A DNA stretch of 32,000 bases from Candidatus Harpocratesius repetitus (GTDB taxonomy: Archaea; Asgardarchaeota; Lokiarchaeia; Sigyniarchaeales; Promethearchaeaceae): the NCBI GenBank assembly GCA_021498095.1, contig JAIZWK010000001.1, forward strand, positions 3,720,001 to 3,752,000. The letters are read 5' to 3'. The notes under the pieces are model-generated. The model was given only the letters and a program-made list of their open reading frames with translations. It did no database searches and had not been told where the DNA came from. The translations under genes were made by a program, and so were the position numbers. Positions 17,792-27,420 of the stretch are shown piece after piece. Numbering within the stretch: the stretch's first letter is position 1; every line of letters begins with the position of its first letter.

Positions 17792-20700
17792 ACAATACTA
17801 TACTAAAAAATTCTCTTATTTTCTTTTTATCTCTTTAATTCTTCTTTCTAGTACCTTATTAGCAAATAATCCAGTTAGTTTTATAAATTCACAACATATT
17901 CAAGAAAAAACTAATACAATTAATAAATTGATATCTAGGAACGACAACAACATCAAAAACGTTCAAATTAAAAGTGCTTCAAATCCATTCGATAATAAAA
18001 CACATAGATTTTTATTTTTATATTCAAATCCAATTACAATAGATGATAATGTAACATTATTTAACCTTTTCACTTCTCTAGGAGGAATTATTAAAGAAGA
18101 ACCTTGGAACCACATTAATGGATTTTCAGGAACAATAAACAATTCACAAGAATACCTGGGTTCCTTTATAGCCTCTTTTCCTCCAGTGGATTATTTTGAA
18201 GATCCAATAGCAGAAATTCAAATGAATTCAATTCAAGATCAGATTAACTACTACCCAGAAATATACAATATGAATAATTTTAGCATTAAAGGAACTTCCA
18301 ACGCATCGATAGCGATAATTGATACTGGTGTTGATATTTCCCATCCATTTTTTAATAATTCTTATCAAGATGAAAATTTTTCAAAGAAAATTATTGGATG
18401 GACAGATGGAATTTCCAATTTCAGTCAACCTTATGATGATAATGGGCATGGAACTGCAATGAGTGCTATTATTGGGGGGAGTAATAATGTTTCAGCTATG
18501 TCCAATCATTCGAATAATGAATTTTACCTTACTAAAACTGCATCCATTAATCATGAAGAATATTTCTATCCACATTATCTTTCTGAAGGATGGTATGATA
18601 TTAAATTAGGATCTTTTGAAATGGATGAAAATGCATTAGATATTCTTAATATTACCGCAAATCTGACCATATTTTCACCTATGCTTGAATATAGGTTAAG
18701 ATTGTATAGAAATGGAAATATTATTAATGAAACTTCCAGTATTCCATTAGAATTAACATGGGACACTTCAGGATTTTTCGATACTTCCAAAAAACCAGGA
18801 GTTTATGATATTGTTTTTTCTTATCATAAAAATCTTGAACAGAATCCACAATTTTCGATACAAATTCAAGCATTATTTACTCCTAAAGAATATCCTAGTG
18901 ATACAAGCGAATATTCTGGTTTAGCACCAGAAACACATATTTCAATGATAAAAGAATTGAATTCTTCAGGTAAAGGATATATCTCAGATATAATTTCTGG
19001 ATTAGAACATGTTATCACTAAAATTCAATCAAAGCATATAATAACTCTCCTACTTTCAATCGCAACGATAGAGATTCCTTCAAGTTTGGAGAACCCGTTC
19101 AAACAACTAATTGATGAAATTATAAAAAAAGGTTGTATGGTTATTTTTGCAGCTGGAAATTTCGGAATATCAAATAAATTAAACGCAATGGCACTTAATG
19201 ATAAAGCTTTAGTTATAGGAGCGACCAATGATCAAGATCAACTAACCTATTATAGTTCTCAAGCTGATGATAATAAGAACAATCGTATGCCTGATCTATT
19301 AGCCCCAGGAGGTAGTTTATTAGTCAATCATCAAATGGTAATTACTGCAGATTCGAATATGGGAGATAATAATAACCAAACAAAAGATTTAATAAAAAAT
19401 GATTTATCTGGTTTTACCGGAACTTCAATTTCAGCAGCAGTTGTAGCGGGAATTTACAATTTAATTGTTGATTATTTAGGCGGATGGAATTATTGGAATT
19501 CAGGAATAAATGCTACCTTAGAAGCTTTGAAAATAAAAAATTACCTTTTAATGACAGCTTCAGAGACAAACCAAGCCCGCGAAGATAATCCTTTCACACC
19601 ATATGATGAATCTACAAATAGTCCTATAGTAAATAGAGGTCAAAAAGATAGATTTGAGGGTTATGGTAGAATGAATCCAGAAGCAGTATTTAATATGCTC
19701 CAAAATAGCATTGATTTAAACCATAATTACCAGATAGAACTTACTGCATCAAATAGTGATCCATTCTCGCAGCACGTTTTTGCACTTAATGTTTCACTTG
19801 AAAAGGACCAAATTTATCTTTTTAATTTGACAAATGATGAAGGAATTTTTTCAAATTTTGATATAGATATGTATTTATACAATAAAGATTGTTCATTCTC
19901 AGGAGAGCCGATTTTAGAAGCATCTTCGACGCAAGCGGGCAGTTCAGATGAAATTATTTATTTTACTAATCTAAATGCCAGCGATACTTTTTACTTAGTT
20001 ATTAAGGCTTTATCAGGTTCTGGTTCATGTTCATTACAAGTCACGAAAGTAAATTTGACAAATGCTCCAGCATTAAACAATCCAAAAGTGAATATTGATT
20101 CAGAACTAAATTACAATGATACATTAGACACTTACCGATTTGAAGTTAATTACACACAAGATGATAATGTTCCAGCGACTTTAATTGATATAATCTTTCC
20201 TTCTTTGTCTAAAAATTATTCATTAATTCAATCTGTTGAAGGAGACACTAATTATGAAAATGGTGCGATTTATTATGTTGAAGTTAAATTTCAGAATCCT
20301 GGAAATTATTCATATTACTATTTTGCCAGAACAGGAAATTTATCCATCTATTATTTGAAAAACAATTCTCAATCTCTAATTATCAATCCAATTCATCATT
20401 TTGTTGGCAATAATTTCACCACAGTGCATAATTCAGACATCAATCTCTGGGATTTTGATCAAGATTCAAAAAATATTTACTTAAATAATAAAATGAATGA
20501 ATATAGAATAGGATGGCAAAAAATTAGTATTCCACAATTATATGAAAACCGATATTTACGCACTCAAGAAGACAACTGGTCTGCTTGGTATTTTGGAATT
20601 GCTAATCCTAACAATTTATATTCAAGCCCCATCCTAATTGATCAAACTCCTTTATATACTTATGAAAATATATCAGGAACTTATGATTTATATTCTCCGA

Positions 20701-22712
20701 TTATCTTTTTAGAAAGCAATAATAATGAATCATTTTCTCCAATTCTTTCTTTAGGAATGAGATTAAGTATTAACGAAGGTGATTCTTTAACCTTAGAAAT
20801 CAATCCAAATCGATCAAATTGGAAATTATTAGATTCTTGGACATATAATCAATTCGATTGGAGTATGCTTCATTATAATCTTTCTGAATACAAAGGGAAT
20901 TATGTCCAAATTAGATTGCGAATTGTAGCAAGTTCTAATAAATGGATTTACAAAAAGGGTGTTCTTTTAGATCATTTTTCAGTATCTATGAAAAATAACA
21001 GTAATTCTCACGAACCTATGTTAAGTGCTGCTTTTTCACCCGAAAATCAAGAAATTCCTCTTTATCAATCTACAAATGGAACAGATTTTGAAAATATTCA
21101 ATTTACAATAGGTTACTGGGATGAAGATGGAAATCTACCAGAAATAATATTATTAGAAATTAATCACCAAAATTATACATTGTTCAATCAACAAGGTATT
21201 TGGGAAACAGGTAGTTTTACAAATTCATCTGAAAATGAGATTATTTATTCAGCATTCCTTTCATGTGTAGATTTTTCAAATACAACCTTCAGGTTTCATG
21301 CATTTGATTCAAAATTCAGTGTTTCTACTAACTGGTTTGAATTAAAGGATTTACAAAAAGCTTCAAGCCAACAATTTCCAATTGATAATCCAATTGAAGA
21401 AAAAACAGCATTGATTGGAGGATATCCATCTAATCAATCGTTTTCATCTTGGAATGACCAAATAGCAGGTTGGCATCAAATAAAGAACTTGAATAATTCA
21501 TATCAACCTAAAGAATGGTACTCTGGTGCAGGAGATTATTTAGGCTATGGCCATAATTATAAATCAAGTCTATATTCACCTGTTCTTAATATAAATGCAA
21601 GTCATGAAGTTTATCTTTTTCTAACACATAGATTAAGATTTGATAGTGATGGAAATGATGGAAATGATTTTGCTGAAATATTAATTTCAGACAATTACGG
21701 AAAATCTTGGAATTCATTAATGAAATTTAATGAAGAAACGGTTGGTTTAGATTTTAAATCTATTGCCATCGATATTACTAATTATAATTTTAAGAATGTG
21801 ATTCTTCAATTCTATTTCTCAACGGATAATTCAGGAGATCCGATACAATATACAGGGTGGAGAATCAGAGAAATTTCTATTAACATTAATATATCAAAAG
21901 ATTATATCAAACCAAATCTTATTTTAGACGGATTTTCTGATAGAGATACAATTAGTGGAATTTTTAACTTTACTGTGTTTATTCAAGATGATTCTCCCAT
22001 TGATTTTTCTCGAACTGAAATGTGGATCGACAATCATCGAATTGATGTAATGATTAATAGAAATAACACAATTTCAGTTTTAATAGATACCTTAAAATAT
22101 GATAATGGATATCCTTTAGAAATCATACTGGTAGTTTATGATATAGAAGGAAACCGTGAATTTGAAAAAATTACATTATTTGTTTATAATCCTCCGAGTC
22201 CATTATCAATTATTTTATATAGCTTTACAGCAGTTTTTGGAGCCATTGTACTTGGAAAATTTGTTTATTCTCAGATTAAAATTCAGAAATTGAAGAAAGA
22301 AGGAAAATATGTTAGAAAACCTAACTTCTTCGAGCGCCGTCAACAAGTTAAATTTGAAGCAGAACAAATTCGAGAAGAAGCGCGTTTAATCTTAAATAAT
22401 TTGGATAAAGAATGGGAAAAAGCACAACCAATAAAGTTATATTGTAAAAAATGTAAACGACTCTATTTAGGAGAAGAATTTGAATTATTCTGTCCACATT
22501 GTCAAGCAGCAACACTTTATGTAGCAAAATATTGCCCTGCATGTAAAATATGGAATTATTTTGATGACGATAACCCGAATAGTAAGTGTAAAAAATGTGA
22601 TCTTATACTTCTTAAAGATTTTGATAAAGCTAAAGAATTTGTTATTACCAGTCAATCTGAAGGAATATTTGAAGATATACATGAACCAAGAGTGGAGGAG
22701 AGAGAAACATGA
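17784..22712 (+). CDS. Membrane-anchored S8 subtilisin-like serine protease with multiple beta-sandwich domains and a cytoplasmic double zinc ribbon
   Basis: Signal peptide and I9-like prodomain. Catalytic Asp IAIIDTGVD (18321), His DDNGHGT (18447), oxyanion Asn FAAGNFG, Ser FTGTSISAAVVAG (19425). TM helix at about 22200-22275. Cys motifs CKKC, CPHC, CPAC, CKKC at 22443-22598. ATG 17784 overlaps the upstream stop and follows GGTGGA. Confidence 0.92.
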   Translation: MSKQYYTKKFSYFLFISLILLSSTLLANNPVSFINSQHIQEKTNTINKLISRNDNNIKNVQIKSASNPFDNKTHRFLFLYSNPITIDDNVTLFNLFTSLGGIIKEEPWNHINGFSGTINNSQEYLGSFIASFPPVDYFEDPIAEIQMNSIQDQINYYPEIYNMNNFSIKGTSNASIAIIDTGVDISHPFFNNSYQDENFSKKIIGWTDGISNFSQPYDDNGHGTAMSAIIGGSNNVSAMSNHSNNEFYLTKTASINHEEYFYPHYLSEGWYDIKLGSFEMDENALDILNITANLTIFSPMLEYRLRLYRNGNIINETSSIPLELTWDTSGFFDTSKKPGVYDIVFSYHKNLEQNPQFSIQIQALFTPKEYPSDTSEYSGLAPETHISMIKELNSSGKGYISDIISGLEHVITKIQSKHIITLLLSIATIEIPSSLENPFKQLIDEIIKKGCMVIFAAGNFGISNKLNAMALNDKALVIGATNDQDQLTYYSSQADDNKNNRMPDLLAPGGSLLVNHQMVITADSNMGDNNNQTKDLIKNDLSGFTGTSISAAVVAGIYNLIVDYLGGWNYWNSGINATLEALKIKNYLLMTASETNQAREDNPFTPYDESTNSPIVNRGQKDRFEGYGRMNPEAVFNMLQNSIDLNHNYQIELTASNSDPFSQHVFALNVSLEKDQIYLFNLTNDEGIFSNFDIDMYLYNKDCSFSGEPILEASSTQAGSSDEIIYFTNLNASDTFYLVIKALSGSGSCSLQVTKVNLTNAPALNNPKVNIDSELNYNDTLDTYRFEVNYTQDDNVPATLIDIIFPSLSKNYSLIQSVEGDTNYENGAIYYVEVKFQNPGNYSYYYFARTGNLSIYYLKNNSQSLIINPIHHFVGNNFTTVHNSDINLWDFDQDSKNIYLNNKMNEYRIGWQKISIPQLYENRYLRTQEDNWSAWYFGIANPNNLYSSPILIDQTPLYTYENISGTYDLYSPIIFLESNNNESFSPILSLGMRLSINEGDSLTLEINPNRSNWKLLDSWTYNQFDWSMLHYNLSEYKGNYVQIRLRIVASSNKWIYKKGVLLDHFSVSMKNNSNSHEPMLSAAFSPENQEIPLYQSTNGTDFENIQFTIGYWDEDGNLPEIILLEINHQNYTLFNQQGIWETGSFTNSSENEIIYSAFLSCVDFSNTTFRFHAFDSKFSVSTNWFELKDLQKASSQQFPIDNPIEEKTALIGGYPSNQSFSSWNDQIAGWHQIKNLNNSYQPKEWYSGAGDYLGYGHNYKSSLYSPVLNINASHEVYLFLTHRLRFDSDGNDGNDFAEILISDNYGKSWNSLMKFNEETVGLDFKSIAIDITNYNFKNVILQFYFSTDNSGDPIQYTGWRIREISININISKDYIKPNLILDGFSDRDTISGIFNFTVFIQDDSPIDFSRTEMWIDNHRIDVMINRNNTISVLIDTLKYDNGYPLEIILVVYDIEGNREFEKITLFVYNPPSPLSIILYSFTAVFGAIVLGKFVYSQIKIQKLKKEGKYVRKPNFFERRQQVKFEAEQIREEARLILNNLDKEWEKAQPIKLYCKKCKRLYLGEEFELFCPHCQAATLYVAKYCPACKIWNYFDDDNPNSKCKKCDLILLKDFDKAKEFVITSQSEGIFEDIHEPRVEERET

Positions 22713-25633
22713 ACTTAATTAAGTATACTTTTCATGATCTTAAAAAACAAAAAGTAAAAACCATTTTTGGAATATCAGGTGTTTTAGTTAGTATATTTTT
22801 ATTAACTGTAGTTGGTACTTTATCTGATTCTTTGAGTTTTTCTTATTTGGATCAAGCTACAAGCGAGTCTGGTTCCGCAGATATTTCAATTACGAAAATT
22901 ACAACCCAAGATTTTAACTATAATCCATATTTTGACGAATCCATCATATCAGAAAAATTAGAAGGATCAATTCCTGAAATTGACTCATTTTTCCCCCGAA
23001 TTTGGAATATAATGCAAGTAGAAAAATATGATGAAATAATAAATCTAAATGTCAGAAAATCAATAATTGCTTATGGAATTAATAGTACTTTAGAACAAAA
23101 TAGTGGCGAAATGGGAAATCTTTGGCTGTGTGAAAATGATCCAGATTATACACGCACTGAAAAGACATTTACAGGCCCGATACGTGATGATTTTTGTGTT
23201 CTATCGAGAGGAGCTGCAAGACTATATCATGCACATGAAGGAGATGAAATCACAGTAAAATTTGGTAGCACCGAAAAAACTTTTATTATTCAAGCAGTTG
23301 TAGAACAAGAGTTACGATTTTCAAGAATAGAATCAACTTTAATTATTTTTGAATTGCAAGTTGCTCAAGATTTAATGAATCAAGAAGGAAAAATTAATTC
23401 TATACAAGCAACAATAAAAGATCCCCAAAATTTTTATGATACTCGAAATATCGGTGCGAGTTTAAGTAAACTTAGAATTATTGCAGAAAAAGTTCAAATT
23501 ATCATGGGATTTGATTATCAAGTTTCCCTTCCAAAAATGGAACAAGTTGAAAATATTGAACAGCAATCAACAATGATGACAATAACCTTCTATTTTATTA
23601 CGGCATTCTCGATGCTTATTACAGGTATTCTGATAAACTCGATTTTAACAACTTCTGTCGAGGAGCGAATCAGGGAGTTTGGAATACTGCAAGTTGTCGG
23701 CGGAAAACGATCTTTTTCATTCAAAATGGTTTTACTATCAGGATTCTTTATAGCGATCACAGGAACAGCCATTGGAACGTTTTTAGGTGCAGTTGTGGCA
23801 CCTCCCGTATTAAATTGGATCTTTGAATATTTTGATATATGGATCATTCCTATGAAATTCTTAATACTACCTCGCACAATCATTCGTTCACTTTTAATAG
23901 GTATAATTATCACAAGTATAATTGCTGTATTTCCTGCGTTCCGAGCAAGTAGATTGATTATTGCAAATGCAATAAATCCTGCTCGAAAAAATGATACTGG
24001 AGAAAAATATAGATTGAAAAAGGAAGGTTCAGCAAATTTAAAACTAATAGGTATCGGATTTGGTATTGCTCTAGCTGGAATTTTTATCTTTCTGGTTATC
24101 CCTCGGTTATTATCTGGTTCTGGTGGAATTAACTTAACGAATTATGTTTTTATGATTGTACTTCTTTTAATTTTAATTGGATTAGTATTAGCAACAATTG
24201 GATTTGTTCCGATTCTGGAAAGACTTATCGGACTTTTAATTAAACCCATGATTTCAAGATATTATCCAATATATAGAATAAATCTAATTCGTTATCGACG
24301 TCGCAATACTGGAAATATCTTAATGTTTGCATTAACATTTGCATTTATTTTCTTTATATCATCAGTTCTTGAAATGAGTACTGCAAATAATTCAATGTTT
24401 TTTGAATTTCAATATGGTTCAGATTTGGTAATGTCAAATACTGGAACAATTGAAGATGACAATGCAATTACAATGCAACTATTTTATGAATTACAAGAAT
24501 TACCAGGTATACGAAGTGCTGCACCACTGTACTCTAACAGCCCAATTGATTTTGCAAAGATTACCTCTGCGATTTTTAATATTGGTCAAGAAGGAGTAGA
24601 TGATATTTTAAGTTTCAGTGATCTTTTTGGAACTATCCCAAAACTCACATCTTTTGCGGGAGATTTGGGAGATTATCACAATTACTACTGCAATATTTTC
24701 GGTATTGATGAAAATTTTTACAATACAATAGATAGGAGTATGCTTTTATGGGATATGGATGGAAATAATGATTTAATTGAACAAGTTGTTCAATCCACAA
24801 AAAAATGTATTATTGGGAAAAGTTTAGCAGATGGTCTTGGAATATCTTCTTTGCCAGCTCAAATTAAAATTTCAATCTTGGAATCTGAAAATGATAATCC
24901 TGATCGTGGAAATATTACTGTTTTTGAAGTAATCGGAGTTTCTAAAGGTATACCTGGAATATGGAATTTTCGCTCAAGTGAAGCAAACTTAAATATGGCA
25001 CCAGGTGTTCTCATAAGTGCTGCAGATTACTGCGAAATCATGAACTGGGGCGATCCTACAGACCCAAATACAATATTGGATAAAATTTTAATTAATGTGG
25101 TTGATAATGATTATCAAAGCGTAAAAGATATTCAAAATTATGTAAAAAATTATTTTTCTGATGATTATAAATTTATCTTAGACGAGCCTGAAACATTGAT
25201 AAGATTTATGGATAATGCAAATACGACATCAAATATCGTGATGCAAGTAATTCTCTTCTTCAGCATCGTCGTCAGTCTTTTTGGATTAATTTCATCAATG
25301 TATTCAACAATAATTGAAAGAATGTTTGAAATTGGTATTTTACGGGCAATGGGAATGAAACCTTATGAAGTGAGGATTATGTTAATGGCTGAAGCAGTAA
25401 CTATTATGATATCTTCTGGAAGTTTAGGGGCAATCATTGGCTGGTTTATCGCTTATTTACTGCAAACAAATGTGGCGATATTAACAGAATTACCTGTTGT
25501 AACAGCGATTAGTATAGGAACTTTAATATCGACTTTTGCAGTATCTATAGGTATAAGCATTATTGGAATGTTTTTTATTACTCGAAAAGTTCATAAAATG
25601 AATATTATGGAAGTTTTAAGACATACGTTTTAA
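22709..25633 (+). CDS. ABC permease, FtsX/MacB family, tandem two-module type (permease B)
   Basis: KQKVKTIFGISGV, SVEERIREFGILQVVG, IIERMFEIGILRAMG; clear paralogue of 10836-13703. ATGA overlap with the protease stop. Confidence 0.92.
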   Translation: MNLIKYTFHDLKKQKVKTIFGISGVLVSIFLLTVVGTLSDSLSFSYLDQATSESGSADISITKITTQDFNYNPYFDESIISEKLEGSIPEIDSFFPRIWNIMQVEKYDEIINLNVRKSIIAYGINSTLEQNSGEMGNLWLCENDPDYTRTEKTFTGPIRDDFCVLSRGAARLYHAHEGDEITVKFGSTEKTFIIQAVVEQELRFSRIESTLIIFELQVAQDLMNQEGKINSIQATIKDPQNFYDTRNIGASLSKLRIIAEKVQIIMGFDYQVSLPKMEQVENIEQQSTMMTITFYFITAFSMLITGILINSILTTSVEERIREFGILQVVGGKRSFSFKMVLLSGFFIAITGTAIGTFLGAVVAPPVLNWIFEYFDIWIIPMKFLILPRTIIRSLLIGIIITSIIAVFPAFRASRLIIANAINPARKNDTGEKYRLKKEGSANLKLIGIGFGIALAGIFIFLVIPRLLSGSGGINLTNYVFMIVLLLILIGLVLATIGFVPILERLIGLLIKPMISRYYPIYRINLIRYRRRNTGNILMFALTFAFIFFISSVLEMSTANNSMFFEFQYGSDLVMSNTGTIEDDNAITMQLFYELQELPGIRSAAPLYSNSPIDFAKITSAIFNIGQEGVDDILSFSDLFGTIPKLTSFAGDLGDYHNYYCNIFGIDENFYNTIDRSMLLWDMDGNNDLIEQVVQSTKKCIIGKSLADGLGISSLPAQIKISILESENDNPDRGNITVFEVIGVSKGIPGIWNFRSSEANLNMAPGVLISAADYCEIMNWGDPTDPNTILDKILINVVDNDYQSVKDIQNYVKNYFSDDYKFILDEPETLIRFMDNANTTSNIVMQVILFFSIVVSLFGLISSMYSTIIERMFEIGILRAMGMKPYEVRIMLMAEAVTIMISSGSLGAIIGWFIAYLLQTNVAILTELPVVTAISIGTLISTFAVSIGISIIGMFFITRKVHKMNIMEVLRHTF

Positions 25634-25644
25634 GAAAGTAATTA

Positions 25645-25672
25645 TTTATTTTGTTTTGTTTTTTTTTTTTTT
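25645..25672 (+). terminator. Oligo-T terminator of the ABC/protease operon
   Basis: T-rich stretch ending in a run of 14 T at 25659-25672, just after the TAA at 25631-25633 in a convergent intergenic gap. Confidence 0.6.
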
Positions 25673-25686
25673 AATCTAAATCTTAA

Positions 25687-26574
25687 TCAATCAACATTTT
25701 CAGCTTCTAAATCAAAATCTTCTTCTTCGTATTGTTCTTCACTTATTTCCTTATTTTTACGTCGAAATAAGCGATGACTTGGTTTGTAAAGATTACGTGA
25801 ATCAAGCTTATTCGCGATAAGAATTTTCTGTTCTAATATGGAGTACTTTAAGAACAGATTGTTTTTCCAAACAACTTGGAGCGATTGATCAAAAGGATCG
25901 AGTAAAGCATAAGAATAGCGTAATTCATCGTGGTTCTTTCCTCCAACACGAATAAGTTTATCAATACAGACAATCAATCCACAATCGGTTTGCATGAAAT
26001 TTGAATAATGAAAATGTCCAAACAACATTAAAGGAGGACAGATACGATCATAATAGTCTCTTATCATAGGAGAGCCAGTTTTTGATAACTTCTGGTGAGT
26101 TTTAAAATGTAGGGTGTCATCTAACAACCCATACGCAGGACGGTGAGAAAAAATCATATCAAATCCATCCTTTTCACTAAATTCTGGATGTCTTGCTTTA
26201 TTATCTGTTTCTTCACCCCTATATTGATAATCAATGGGTAATACTTTCCAACCATTTAACAAAAAAGGTTCTTGATCTTTCATTAAATGCATTTTAGGAA
26301 AATTCCACCAATCATCGGGTTGAGTTAAATCTTCATTTCCGCGAATATGAAAAAGAGGAAATGGAAATTTCTCAAAATATGTCAAATCATGCCATTCGTT
26401 TTTGACTTGAGTTTTCAATTCAGGATTAAAGTTTCTCCCAGACCAAAAATCACCTAAATGAACTGCAAAATCTATATCTTCTTTTTCATTCATCATGTGA
26501 AAGAAATCAGTCATTTCTGGAATTTTTGCATGAACGTCACTAATAATTAAGATCTTGCCTATTTTTTCTCCCAT
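25687..26574 (-). CDS. Calcineurin-like metallophosphoesterase
   Basis: Motifs ISDVH, HLGDF, RGNED, SHRPAYG and GHFH appear in the expected order, plus an acidic C-terminal tail. ATG 26574 (MGEKIGKILII) preferred over 26622. Confidence 0.85.
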   Translation of the reverse strand: MGEKIGKILIISDVHAKIPEMTDFFHMMNEKEDIDFAVHLGDFWSGRNFNPELKTQVKNEWHDLTYFEKFPFPLFHIRGNEDLTQPDDWWNFPKMHLMKDQEPFLLNGWKVLPIDYQYRGEETDNKARHPEFSEKDGFDMIFSHRPAYGLLDDTLHFKTHQKLSKTGSPMIRDYYDRICPPLMLFGHFHYSNFMQTDCGLIVCIDKLIRVGGKNHDELRYSYALLDPFDQSLQVVWKNNLFLKYSILEQKILIANKLDSRNLYKPSHRLFRRKNKEISEEQYEEEDFDLEAENVD

Positions 26575-26725
26575 TTTGGTCACAGCGAATATTGTGTGTT
26601 GGATGATTAATAAATTTTTCATTCAAAGTAGATGATATAAATGAAAATTTAAGCGTATTCTATACAATGTAAGAAATAGCGATCCTAAATAAGGGTAAGG
26701 GTTAGGAAAGCCAAGTATGAAAGAT

Positions 26726-27412
26726 CTACAAATACGGAAGATATAATTGAACCCATAAAATAGAATTAAAAGTACCGTGAGCAATAATTGATGTAATCAA
26801 ATCTCCTTTCTGAAACAAAGTAATTCCACCCAATAAAAGCCCAAAAGTAAAGTAATATGACCAGAATGTGAGAAATGTCGCCCATGGAACAATTCCTGGA
26901 AAAACATGGTAAATCATAAAAAACCCACTACTAAGAATTAATGCCCAGAATTTTGATTTATGACCAATTTCCTTTAAAATTACACCACGATAACAAAATT
27001 CTTCAGAAAGTGCAACAGTCATATACATCAACGCGACTCCAACAACAATTATAGCCCAAATTAAAAAAGGATTTGGAGGTGGAGGAGGGGGAGTTGTGTT
27101 TACAGAACCAGTGGTGGCTGCATGATAAAAATCTTCACCTTTTAACTGAATAATGATCTTCTTTATAGTTTTTGCCATAAAACTACCAATATAATAAAAT
27201 AAAACACCTAAAGTAACACCAGAAAGGACATCAACCACCCTTAATTTCCAAGATCTATGTAGACGTTCGTTAGGAATAATTCGATGGCGAAATTCATACT
27301 TTAAGTTTTTCTTTTGAAATTTAAAAACGAGCATAGGAATTAGAATAAAAAGAAGTTCAATAATACAGAAAATGAAAAATGAGAACACATTTTGAGCTAA
27401 ATCTAATCCCAT
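26726..27412 (-). CDS. CPBP (CAAX protease / Abi) family intramembrane metalloprotease
   Basis: SEEFCYRG (EExxxR), FMIYH and IIAHGTFN (HxxxN) motifs in a multi-pass membrane protein. Confidence 0.9.
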   Translation of the reverse strand: MGLDLAQNVFSFFIFCIIELLFILIPMLVFKFQKKNLKYEFRHRIIPNERLHRSWKLRVVDVLSGVTLGVLFYYIGSFMAKTIKKIIIQLKGEDFYHAATTGSVNTTPPPPPPNPFLIWAIIVVGVALMYMTVALSEEFCYRGVILKEIGHKSKFWALILSSGFFMIYHVFPGIVPWATFLTFWSYYFTFGLLLGGITLFQKGDLITSIIAHGTFNSILWVQLYLPYL

Positions 27413-27420
27413 AATATAAA

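Noticed and set aside
26683-26707. Telomere-like TAAGGGTAAGGGTTAGG within a small tcctaa/ttagga hairpin
   Set aside because: Only 2.8 imperfect units and too few G-tracts for a G-quadruplex. Chance or a local terminator/promoter element cannot be excluded but is unsupported.
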